From Hormiphora californensis (taxonomy: Eukaryota > Animalia > Ctenophora), in assembly GCA_020137815.1 (NCBI GenBank), contig CM035354.1:4774001-4838000 (forward strand): a DNA stretch of 64,000 nucleotides, written 5' to 3'. This document shows, one piece after another, positions 1 to 11,038 of this stretch. Numbering within the stretch: position 1 is the stretch's first letter; each line of letters opens with the position of its first letter. The notes below the pieces were generated by a model. That model was not told the DNA's origin. It did not search any database and saw only the letters and a program-made list of their open reading frames with translations. Position numbers and translations under genes: made by a program.

Positions 1-232
1 GCACTTCTAGCTATATGGAACTGGTGCGATTTGATGTTAAATATGGTGGATAAGACTGAAATATTGATGATGAACTGTATCGACTGAATAAATTTAATTC
101 AACATGGTAAAATTCAATTTATAATAATTAAAATAATCAATATATTAGCTAAAACTGCAGCACCAACAAACAGACAAACTTAAAATAAATTGCACAACTA
201 GTAATGCTAAAATAAAGAGCGATTGTTCACTT

Positions 233-3200
233 TCAGAATGACAACAGAAGTGTGAGGGTGGCTAACAGTCCTAAGATGATGTTAATTTGAGAGGACTCCG
301 GGTGCCGAGTTGCAAAGATCATAGTTGTCACAGACTTCGTACCAGCAGGGCTTGTCGAAGTACTGGCTACACGCCGTATCTGGGAAGAGGTTTTGAATTC
401 ATATACGAAACAGCTAGAACAGTTAACAAGTCCAATAAGAGGATAAAAATGTTTGAAAAATCCTATTATTTGGGGGCACTTACATGTGTAGTTTTCGTTG
501 GTACACAGGAGTTTAACCCTCTGGTCACTACTCGCCTGTTCAGTATGGTACAACCTAACACACCGGGCATGGGTCGAGGGGTTGGATTCCTTTCTCCAAC
601 ATTTTCTAGGGGTGTTGGGATGTGTTAGAGGGGTTGGATTCCTTCTCTAACATTTTCTAGGGGTGTTGGGATGTGTTAGGAGGGGTTGGATTCCTTCTCC
701 AACATTTTCTAGGGGTGTGGGGATGTGTTAGGAGGGGTTGGATTCCTTCTCCAACATTTTCTAGGGGTGTGGGGATGTGTTAGGAGGGGTTGGATTCCTT
801 CTCTAACATTTTCTAGGGGTGTTGGGATGTGTTAGATGGGTTGGATTCCTTCTCCAACATTTTCTAGGGGTGTGGGGATGTGTTAGGAGGGATTGGATTC
901 CTTCTCTAACATTTTCTAGGGGTGTTGGGATGTGTTAGATGGGTTGGATTCCTTCTCCAACATTTTCTAGGGGTGTGGGGATGTGTTAGGAGGGGTTGGA
1001 TTCCTTCTCCAACATTTTCTAGGGGTGTTGGGATGTGTTAGGAGGGGTTGGATTCCTTCTCCAACATTTTCTAGGGGTGTGGGGATGTGTTAGGAGGGAT
1101 TGGATTCCTTCTCTAACATTTTCTAGGGGTGTTGGGATGTGTTAGGAGGGGTTGGATTCCTTCTCTAACATTTTCTAGGGGTGTTGGGATGTGTTAGAGG
1201 GGTTGGATTCCTTCTCCAACATTTTCTAGGGGTGTGGGGATGTGTTAGAGGGGTTGGATTCCTTCTCCAACATTTTCTAGGGGTGTTGGGATGTGTTAGA
1301 TGGTAGGGTGGATAACTAACATTTCTAGGTTGTGTTTGGGGTGTCTCATAATAAAGTCAACGCTGTACCGTCAACCGTGAAAAAGATTGTTTGATATTAC
1401 TGGTGACACAGGACGCTGTAAAACGCAGAAATGCAGCTACTGATCCTGAGAATAATCCCCCTCTATAATAAGACTATAACTATAAGACAACCTCGAAAAT
1501 GAAGAAAAGAATAATCCCCCGTATTACCTCGGTACAGTTGACTATTTTGCAGGTTCCCCCCCCCCTATTACCTCGGTACAGTTGACTATTTTGCAGGTAC
1601 CCCCCCCTATTACCTCGGTACAGTTGACTATTTTGCAGGTACCCCCCAGATCATCTTCTGTATATTTTCCACCCAACCAGTCCAGTCTGTCAAAGTGGAA
1701 CTTGTTGGGTAGATCATCCTCAAAACAGTCATCCCAACAATACACCGTCGGGTCTGAAGGGGGAGGGGTTATCCCCGGGTTATCGGGTCTGAAGGGATGG
1801 GGTATATGGGGTAGGGGTTATCGGGGGAAGGAGCTGGAAACTTAGTATATGATTGACTGAGATCGTATCGGGGATGGGTAATAGTTCAACACTGTACCGT
1901 AGTAGTATATTCTGGAGAAATCGTTGCTGGTGGTGTTTCCAAGTTTGAACCACTTTGAGTTCCCAATATCAAGAGGGATATCTGTAAAATGGTTACATGT
2001 TGAATATCCCCTTGCAACCCCCCGAACGACGCTCGGAAACTCCCCGATCCTCTATTCCTACTCCCCACCTATACTAACAAGAAGAAAGGTAACCTCGACC
2101 TGGACAGAACGAGAGGTGACCCAGGAGAGGTGGAATCCATCACACTCCCCTACTATATTTATTTCGTCACCCCCTATATTTACCTCGAAGGAAGAGTTTG
2201 ATTGCCAGAACATCGTTTACCCAGAGATGGATATGGGTTGCATTAAACATAAAGGTGAACTTTACGTAGTCTAAACTATCGTTCCTGAAGTGAGGGGGAG
2301 ATATAGCGGGGAGATAGAAAAGAGGGAATGGAGTGAGAGAAGATAGAGAGTGAGAATGAGCAGGGTAGACAGTGGTCAGATGGGAAATTCTGTCACGAAA
2401 GTAATGACGTGTCTTCTCACATTGGTTTAGTGGCGTTCTCCAGGTCAAACATGTTGGTTGTTATTCGGAGGTTTACCGTTTCCAAACCCAGAGGTACGTT
2501 GACAAAGTCCATGTAGGTATACGCTAGACGCCTGGTGGGGAGAGGTGGGGAGCTAGACGCCTGGTGGGGAGAGGTGGGGAGCTAGACGCCTGGTGGGGAG
2601 AGGTGGGGAGCTAGACGCCTGGTGGGGAGAGGTGGGGAGCTAGACGCCTGGTGGGGAGAGGTGGGGAGCTAGACGCCTGGAATGGGGTGGGGGAATAGAC
2701 GCCTGGTGGGGGAGTTGGTACAATTGGGAAACAATGGTATATTATATCGATAGTTCTATAGAACTCATGTCTAATTCAAGGGTTAGATATGGTGAATATT
2801 GCAATAATTCATTGTGTGCCTTCTATAATAGGAGAAGAATGGCTAGATTTGTGACATACTTTCCTACATTCCAGCTGAAGTAGATATCGGGCTCCTCTGA
2901 CACGTTATACATGGGACCATGGAAGAAGGGCTCCAGAGTAAACCATTTCTGAAAGAGTATTGGGACGAACTAAATAACACGAGGTTTATGAAAAAGATAT
3001 ATAGTTCTTCAACATGCAGTGTGTGCTATGTGCACATGGTACTGTGACTAATGCACTGTCCCATTATTACACGTACTCCCCCATTGTTCAGGACAGTGAG
3101 GAACCACATACTCCCCCTGCTTATTATATACAGAGGTAAGTACCCCTGAGATATTAGACACGTTCTAAAACCACACTTCCTAGCTATTAGAATCTTAGAT

Positions 3201-4271
3201 CCGGTAACTTCTCTAGAACTACCTAGAAGAGAGATCAGATCCACGGTGTGGGATATGGTACTGTATCATTTAAGGAAGAGAGGGAGAGCCAACATGATAT
3301 TTTCAAAACCACACTGCATGTAACATTGGTTTTGTATACCAAGTGTGTGTGTGTGTTAAGCTCTCTTTCCTTCTCACGATATTAGCGATTAGGAAACCAC
3401 ACACATACAGTTATACAGTACAACCAGCTTTCCACCCCCCCCCCCCAATAGAAACAGAAAGTACAATTCCTCCACACAGTTCTAACCCCCAACCATTCAT
3501 CCTACGGGGCTCACGAAAACTGTACAAACAGATCAGAGCAACTAAACAAGAGTTGACAGTGTCAGGCGACTCAAGAGAGACAACTTACATCAAGCGATAT
3601 CCCCTCATATCCCTGTCTGTGTACCCATAGAGTCATGGTGTGTAGTCTCCTGTTGTACCATGTCTGTAGCAGATCACCGGACCCTCCCAGCCTTACCGTG
3701 TCTGGAAGAGAGTGGAGGCTTTATACATAGCGGGGTAGGGAGTAGAGGTTTTATCAGGGGTCAGGGAGTACTGCAGAGTACATTAATTGTTGAACTCAGT
3801 TGATAAAACAAGGTGTGAGAGGCTTGAGTGGACATTATATTACCTGACTGTTTATCTATTTGTACCACTGATTGTAGAGTGAGTGTGAACAACACACAAC
3901 TCGATAGGAACAACCTCACTGGACACATTATACCTCTCATCTGCTAGGACTTCATAGCTATACTGGGAGAGAGAGGTGGTATAATATAACAAGCAATTAC
4001 ACACAGTATTATAGTGACACTGTTCGTCTAATAGATGCGGTTTCCCAAAATCTCGATAGTTCAACAAAAAAGGGGCAGCTCTCAATATGCCGTGCCTCTC
4101 GATGTGCCGTGCCTCTCGATATTCCTCTCGAGTCTCGATGTTATACCGTGTGCGGCGTGTATTTCCAATTTCCATTTGTTGGAGGAGTTACCCCAAATGT
4201 TGGACAATGAATAAATTCATGATCAGTTCAACCGGGCCTAATATAATGAATACTTCCAGTATTCTATACAC
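233..4271 (-). CDS. Multi-exon cell-surface protein: beta-rich N-terminal region, C-terminal Ly6/uPAR (three-finger)-like Cys domain, probable GPI-anchor signal
   Basis: Phase-consistent exons at about 2948-2860, 2531-2421, 2284-2185, 1981-1900, 1753-1614, 605-484 and 379-233 read ...KRLAYTYMDFVNVPLG...YCWDDCFED...TCKIVNCTE|KMLEKESNPSTHARCVRLYH...LCTNENYT|YTACSQYFDKPCWYEVCDNYDLCNSAPG, followed by hydrophobic IILGLLATLTLLLSF. Two +1 homopolymer bases (about 591 and 287) must be removed to read through. Upstream exons (about 3625-3701, 3868-3963, 4192-4271) and the start codon are uncertain. Confidence 0.6.
577..1299. repeat. Minisatellite, 14 copies of a 51-52 bp unit
   Basis: Unit GGGGTTGGATTCCTTCTCCAACATTTTCTAGGGGTGTTGGGATGTGTTAGGA. 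On the minus strand each unit contains CTAAC...CCCCTAG|AAAATG. Confidence 0.95.
1516..1647. repeat. Tandem repeat, 3 copies of a 42-44 bp unit spanning a 5' splice donor
   Basis: CCCCCTATTACCTCGGTACAGTTGACTATTTTGCAGGT x3. The minus strand reads ...ACCGAG|GTAAT. Confidence 0.9.
2523..2712. repeat. Minisatellite, 29 bp unit (5 perfect and 2 degenerate copies) spanning a 3' splice acceptor
   Basis: Unit GCTAGACGCCTGGTGGGGAGAGGTGGGGA. The minus strand reads CTCCCCACCAG|GCGTCTAGC. Confidence 0.92.
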
Positions 4272-4895
4272 TGGATAGAGAGAATACAAACATTATATGG
4301 GTACAATGATTTCCAATAAACAATGACTAGGCAAATAATTCAGGATGGCTCTCAAACAGAAGAATAATTACATGGAATATTACCAAATAAAAGATTCCTC
4401 CAGATCTCTAATCACAGTATAATACCCAGCAGTACCTCTCCAAGCTACACACACACACTAAACTCTATCCTCCTTCCACTAACACCTGGTGGCCGCTCTA
4501 TCTGGTCTTGGGAGAAAACAAAACTAAGAACATATTATTAGCAGAGTCAGATACACTTTTTCAAAGATGTGTAGTTCACCAAGTAGCGAAACTGAAATAT
4601 GTCGCTTTCTATCTCGCTCTCTCTCTCTCTCTCTCTCTCCCTCTTTTCATGTATCGCACTCCCTATCTTCCCTCTCCATTTGATCGTACCAGGTGTTTAC
4701 GTTTGACCCATTATCCCCTACTGGGTCAGAATCAAACAAAGGGGGACACAGAAGACTAGAACAGAATAAAAGAGACGCATTTTGGGGAAGAGATATAATA
4801 TACATTAGAGGAGGTGCCTAGAGGACGGATTGATTTTTGAACCTGACTTAGAAGTGAGGAAATATTTGTTCAGTTAAAGAATAGTGTGGGCTTGA

Positions 4896-5354
4896 TTTTT
4901 TCCCTGCCCGGGTGAATGCCGAAGGCATTCACCCGGATGCCTTTTTACTTTGTAAAAAGGCATAGCAGGGTTAGAATTCGAAAACGACATTTTGGTATAC
5001 TAACTAATCGGTAGAGGGACCATTTTGGTCACACTTTCGTTGCAACGGGCAACCTCGCGGCGCGCGCGATCTGACACTTGCGGAGTAACATGCGCGCGCA
5101 AACAATTGAAATTTTATGAGGGGCGCGCGGCTATAAACTGTAACGCGCGGCAAAATTTGTTTTATATCGGCCGCGCGTTTTGATTCGTGAAAATTATGGA
5201 GAAATTGAAAAATCTGTTCTGCGTTTTGTTCAAAAATTCGAAAAACACAAATCCCCATTTTGCGGACAGCTTACTCGTTGGGCGAGTTGAATGGCAAATC
5301 GAAGAGGGCAGGGAAACGTAGCATTATGGATACATAATGCAAATAATTCTTGTT
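4896..5354 (+). mobile_element. Non-autonomous Helentron/DINE-1-like element, copy 1
   Basis: Starts in a T-run. Subterminal inverted repeat TTCCCTGCCC...GGGCAGGGAA, 5' hairpin GGGTGAATGCCGAAGGCATTCACCC and 3' stem-loop GCATTATG-GATA-CATAATGC. The same termini occur at 9881-10521. Confidence 0.7.
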
Positions 5355-5453
5355 TTAAATGTGATTTTTTGTTTCAAAGAAAAAACGACTCTTTAAATGT
5401 TTCTGAATTTGAAATAGAAATAAATACATCATTTAAGATACATGGTGCCCCTC

Positions 5454-7660
5454 TTATTCCGATTTCCCTTTTCCGCCTCGTCCCCTCTGACCACCTCGAC
5501 CTCCCTCACCGCCGCCACGACCTCCTTGACTACCACCTCTCCCGCCCTGACCACCTCTTCCGCCTCCTGCTGCTGCTCCCTGATCACCTCCAGCCTTACC
5601 ACCTCGTCCACCGGCACCTCGTCCTGCTGCCCCACCTCGTCCTGCTGCCCCACCTCGTCCTGCTGCCCCACCACGTCCTGTTGCACCACCTCTTCCTGCT
5701 CCTTGACCACCTCCAGCCTTACCACTGGCTTGACTTTCCGCCTTTCTCCTCTTTGCAGCCCTGTTATCCCTCCCATAGAACTCCCAGATACACAACTTTG
5801 CTACAGACGCCAACACAAGGATGGTTGTACCGGCTATATAGTGGGGTTCCAGCTCCTCAAATACTAACGTCTAAAGGGGGGAGGGGGTCAGTAATTCACC
5901 TTATAATAGAGTTAGACTGAGGAAATGGGTGGTAAGATATCCACCATGACCACTATACGAATCAATATTGAAAATGTGGGTGAACCTTATTGGTGGAGTT
6001 GTTCAGCTGTGTGAATTGAAATGGTGGGGGTCTGTCAGATTGAGATTAATAGTAGCACTTACCGAGAACATAGCAGAGAAGAAGACACTGATATTAGAGA
6101 TGGAGGTGAACATCATGACGTAGAGACCGCTACTAAAAGCCAGGATATGTGGCCGGATGAGGGAGAGGGCTGCTGCGAGGGCAACCAGAGCCACCAACCG
6201 GATGTCAGGAACTTGAAGGACGGTGAGAGTGGTCCCAGTGATACCCATATCAACTCCAGTTGCAATACACTTGCACACTGACTCCACGAACAAGAGAGTG
6301 GTGTAATGGGAGGGTAGTCCTCGACCACCGTTGTGATAGATGTGTTGGGCGTTCATCAGGAGGTGACTCTGCATTAGCACCTGGAATATACAGGAGTTAG
6401 ATAATCCGGGAATTATATAGGGTATTCTTCCAGCCACCCTTATTCAATAATTATTTTAAGGGTACTGTTGGTATAAAACAACTTGATAGTTTGAAGATTT
6501 AATAATTGTCAATGTCAGTTAAGAGAATCCCTGTACCTGCGCTAGACCAGCGATCACAGCAGCAATCTGCATGCTTCCAAATGCAGCGAAACTAAGAGTC
6601 ATTGCCCCTTCGGTGAATATCGGGGGTGAAAGGGTGAGGAAAGCGCCCAGACAGGTGGCCATTATAACGGGGTGGTCTAGCCGTTCAAATTTTATACTGA
6701 AATTAGGAAATATTAATATCATAAAAGGAAACTTTAAAGCCAACAATTATACAAAAACTCAAAACTTTACAAATCTAAAATTAACTTACGGTTGTTTCTC
6801 TTTCAGTATCATGGAGGCCATGATGGCGCTAACAAGGAAGCCCAAACTGTTGATAGCAGCGCTCACTACCAGGGGCAGGTGCTGTTGCATAAAACTCTGA
6901 CAGAGGACTATCAGTCCAGCTTCTAGCCCGTGAAAGAACACCCTCTTTTTTGATATCACAGTCGTGGTTAGCGCCGTTAAATTGGGTTTCCTGAAACAAG
7001 TGTGTGCTGTTGTGTTCTCTCTCTCTCTTCACATCACCGATTGTGAAGATCAAGTGAGGATCATTGATCAAGTGTTCAAGAACCTTCACTGAAAGCAAAG
7101 AATAAAGATCACGTAATCAGCCCCTCGACTCACTGGAAGGCGGTGAACAGAGCGATCAGTGTATACTTGAGCAGCTCAAACTGGTGGAAGTGTGAAGCGT
7201 AGTTACCCTCCGCAACGGACGATACTCTTGCGATTACAGCAAGAACAAAGGCCCCGAATGCAGTTGCAATATACATTTCGTAATCATCGTGACTGAATTT
7301 CGGTGGGTCTGCATTGATCGGTTTGTCTATCATTCCCTTCATCCAGCCCCACTGAGGTGGTGCCTCTAACTTGTCTTCCTCCGTAGCTTTCCAGTCCTCC
7401 TTTAGCTCAATAGTGTTCTTGGGGCTATACTGCTGCGACCAATGTCTCATTCCAAGTCCATCCGCCTCTGTCTTGCTGCCCATGTGGAATCCCTTTACTG
7501 CGGAGTACTTTGCAAACGGGTCGTAAATATCTGGTTCTGGGGGATGGAGATGTTTGGTAGAGTTGGGAGTTTGGAGTTGCTATGGTAACGTCAGGCATAT
7601 TTCAATAGTGCCCGGCGTCAAGTCAAGAGAAACAAACCTACCTTCTTTGGAAGCCGTCAT
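5454..7660 (-). CDS. EamA/DMT-superfamily (SLC35G-like) multi-pass transporter, paralog A, with Gly/Arg-rich C-terminal tail
   Basis: About six exons: MTASKE|EPDIYDPFAKYS...WGWMKG...LFTAFQ|KPNL...HLPLVVSAAINSLGFLVSAIMASMILKEK|...|...HYIAGTTILVLASVAKL..., then a GRGGAA-repeat tail. The LP....A.I.S......MA..LL.E pattern is typical of EamA. Colinear with paralog B. Confidence 0.75.
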
Positions 7661-8191
7661 GATGTCAAACAAATCTCAAACAAAAACTGACAAACTGTTT
7701 TCAGTGTTGCGGCAAAACTGCTGACAAAAATTTGAGATCTGCTACGTTGCGTAGGCGGAAAGAACAAGATGCAAGCTGGTTAAGTTTGCAAGTTAGCTTT
7801 TCTCTCTACATACCTGATTTCCTCTCTCTTATTTTCTATCTATTTATCTCTTCCGCCAAAATAGGGGTTCCACAAGCGAGATACTCTCAATATATAGTCT
7901 TGTTTTAGTGATAATAAGACAATGAAGTTATTATAGTCAGGACCACTATTGGTGCGCGGTCGTGCCCACGGAAGGAGTGCTTGGATCATCTTGAAACCGG
8001 TTTTAAGTTAACTAATGCATATCCAAAAGTGTCTGTAGCTATTTGGGTGATGTTCTGACAATCCAATCATGAGTTATGACCAAAAAACAGTCAAAAAAGA
8101 CGTTTTAAAGTGACAAAAAGGAGGACCTGAACACAGCGCTTACAGGAAAGAATTACACGTCGGTTTCGTCAATCATCAACATCAGATCGGG

Positions 8192-8235
8192 CTTAAATTA
8201 ATTTGTTTAAACTAGTGTTGAAAAGTGTGAACCTC
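8192..8235 (-). other. Genomic relic of a full-length (44 nt) spliced-leader exon
   Basis: Minus strand GAGGTTCACACTTTTCAACACTAGTTTAAACAAATTAATTTAAG. Its last 27 nt match the copy at 12263-12289 at 25/27. It resembles the ctenophore SL as I recall it. It is not followed by GT, so it is not an intact SL-RNA gene. Confidence 0.75.
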
Positions 8236-9260
8236 TCTGTTGTTCATCTCCATCTCTATTTATTTTATCTTTAGGTGATTTTGAACATTCCTAGTGCTGG
8301 ACAGCGTGTGAATTGAGGCCCTGCTTTTTGAGCCGTCTCTGACACAGTTCTTTGCACGTGGAATCATCATGTTATTCATAAATTTCTCCTGAAATAGGGA
8401 ACAAATCTTGGCACTTTATTAAAGACACGGGATGTGCACATTATCAAATAAACTTGTTGAGTAGGGTCTGACTGTGGTCTGAAACCCCCTGGGAGCAATA
8501 GGGGGTTTCCAGACCACAGTCAGACACTATTGTTGAGACAAGTGCGTTGAAAATATTGAGGTACCAGTTTTTAGACAATCTAGTAGAGGATCTCTAATTA
8601 CTAAACAATCAGTAAGGCACCAGCGTGTCAGATACCTACCTGTATCCTAACACAGTAGCTAATCCTTTCTCTTCGTTTCTTCGTTGAGAGTGAATAATCG
8701 CACAGCGTACCTACCCCTACCTCTTACTTTCGGCTGCCACATTATCGCATTTAGGAAGTCCTTTATTCTGATAGTTCAATAATTAAATAGTTGATTAAAC
8801 GCCATGTGGCTATTTCACGATTCCCCTTTCAGGGCATTGGCCTGGCCCTCATTCTTATTTCTGTGGTCAGCATTGGCCTGATAGCGATTCCCCTTACCAA
8901 TCATTGTTCATTGAGTTGAAAATTGGATCCCTCTTGCGACTAGCCTAGCAAATTTATGGGGATTTCATCTCCCACTTCCCCTGACCAGTTTCGCCAGTTC
9001 CGCCGGACTTCGGTGGTAACTGAAATTTTCCTCTGATTTCCCTTTAGTGCAATGAGGCATAATCGCAGTAAATTGAAGCTTAACCTCGTGAGGGCTTGTC
9101 CTCAAGTGAGTCATTACTTCACAGTAATATGGTCCCCGTTCTTCCGTTTTGAAGGAGAACTGTCAGCTGACTGCTGAGGGATCCAAATTTTACTTTTAAA
9201 AACTGCTGCAGCATTTTTAAAGTCCATTTTTATTCAACTGTTCACCCTGGGCACGATTAT

Positions 9261-9512
9261 AATCTGGGTGCCTTGCGGCCTGTTTACAGGTGCGCGCTAC
9301 CAAAAGAGTACACTTAGACCGACTTTTTTCAAACGGCTATAGCCACGCAACCACATGGCCAATTTGAGTAAACTAAACGGTAACTGATAGGGAATCGATA
9401 GACCTAACCGATAACCCCAAACCAAACCCTAACCAGACCCTAATGGATAGCCCTAACCCGTCGCGCGCGATAAAACTACGAATTGTTAGCAATGAAAGGC
9501 ACCCAGATTTTA
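9261..9512 (+). mobile_element. MITE with AATCTGGGTG termini and internal CCCTAA-like repeats
   Basis: TIR AATCTGGGTGCC...GGCACCCAGATT. Near-identical inverted copy at about 33612-33860 and a related copy at about 33376-33593. Confidence 0.75.
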
Positions 9513-9652
9513 ACGTTTTCCGTTCACCCTCCAACTCGTGCGCGTGCGATATTTTAATTTACGCTGCGCGCGCTACACGTTAACTTGTGATTAGACGCGC
9601 AAAACAATTCCGCGCACGACTTTGGGGGGTGAACAGTTGAAAAAAAATGGAG

Positions 9653-9877
9653 TAAAGTCGGATTTTTTGAAACTGTCACCCCCCTGAAATAACAAAATTT
9701 GTCATATCTCCGGTTCCTGATAAGATAGCGACTTGAAATTTGGAGGTTCGGAAGAACTTAGCAAGATCTTCGTAACCTCCAAATTTCAAGTCTCTATCTC
9801 ATCAGGAACCGGACTTATGGTCATTTAAAGAAATTTGAAAACTCCAGGGGGTGACAGTTTCAAAAAATCCGACTTTA
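9653..9877. mobile_element. Fold-back MITE with TA ends
   Basis: TIR TAAAGTCGGATTTTTTGAAACTGTCACCCC...GGGGTGACAGTTTCAAAAAATCCGACTTTA. Same TIR family at about 32022-32173. Confidence 0.8.
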
Positions 9878-9880
9878 TAA

Positions 9881-10521
9881 TTTTTTCCCTGCCCGGGTGA
9901 TTGCCGAAGGCAATCACCCGGGATGATGTTTTTAGCACGCACGTGCTAAAAAGATCATTCAGGGTTTAGAAATCAGCAGATTGTGTAGTTAACTAAAATG
10001 TCCGTCCGTCCGTCCACCGTTACACATAGCAACAAAGTCTGCTCCTTCATAAATCTTTCAACTCACACTTTGTTGATGCAATAAAGGAAATGATTAACAC
10101 ATATTGTGGCGCGCAATTACTCACTCGTATCACTTCCTATTTTCACCTGAAATCACTTTGGGTAACCTACAGCCGTACCATGACGTGGTAGCAAGTCTTC
10201 CAAGCATGAAACTACTATCACACAATAATTGCAAGTGACTGGTGTTAAGATTACTGATGCCTGAGGGTAAAGGTGAAGCGCTTGGTCAATGGTCACCAAC
10301 TAGGGTCTCCTAAGCAACTGTCTTGGTTATCATAGCAACTGCCTTGGTTACCATAGCAACCACCCTGGTTACCATAGCAAATAACATCGTATCAGCCAAA
10401 AATTGCTCTTAGAGTGCAAAATTCATCGGAAAATCTGAATTTGAAACTTAGTCATCAATTTTACACCCATCTGGGGCAGGGAAACACCGCATTATGAATA
10501 CATAATGCAATAATTCTTGTT
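9881..10521 (+). mobile_element. Non-autonomous Helentron/DINE-1-like element, copy 2
   Basis: Same termini as 4896-5354, with an internal (GTCC)n tract at about 10000 and a 3' stem-loop at 10489-10508. Confidence 0.72.
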
Positions 10522-11038
10522 AAAGTAAAATGTTTGGATTGTATTTGAGAATTATGCGCGCGGCTTTAGAACACGCGCAAATAAAACGCGCGCATTAATC
10601 ATACATATGGGGAACAGCTGATAGGAACAGCTGAAGTTGTTTATTGTTGACATGCAAGTGTTCATTTAAACAATTTAAACACATTAAATATGGAGTTTTT
10701 AAGACAATGTTTAATAAAATAAGATTACAGCAACAAATTCATTACCAATTTATTGATTTGTCAGAGCCCGAACGCGAATTGAATGTACATTATATCTTTT
10801 TCTTAGGCTTTTCATTGAGAATTTCATAATATTTTTTTAAAAAATACTACCTTTCCTTCGTTTTTTCGTTAGCTGAATTCGAGCTGCCACATTATTGCAT
10901 TTAGGAAGTCCTTTATTCTGATAGCTGAATAATCAAATAGTTGATTAAACGCCATAATATGTGGCTATTTCACGATTCCCCTTTCAGAGCATTGGCCTGG
11001 CCCTCATTCTTATTTCTGTGGTCAGCATTGGCCTGATA

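Noticed and set aside
577-1299. CRISPR-like regular array
   Set aside because: The units are contiguous with no unique spacers, there are no cas genes, and the context is a eukaryotic intron.
5291-5920. Overlapping ORFs 5291-5920(+), 5442-5867(+) and 5429-5776(-), and similarly 13171-13655
   Set aside because: These are shadow frames of the Gly-rich tail exons; splice phase supports only the Gly/Arg frame.
8160-8190. Minimal hammerhead ribozyme (minus strand CTGATGT...GAAAC); also CTGATGAGTACCGAAC at about 19020
   Set aside because: The CUGANGA or GAAA core is broken and there are no convincing stems.
8192-8235. Functional SL-RNA gene
   Set aside because: The SL exon is not followed by a GT donor, so it is treated as a relic.
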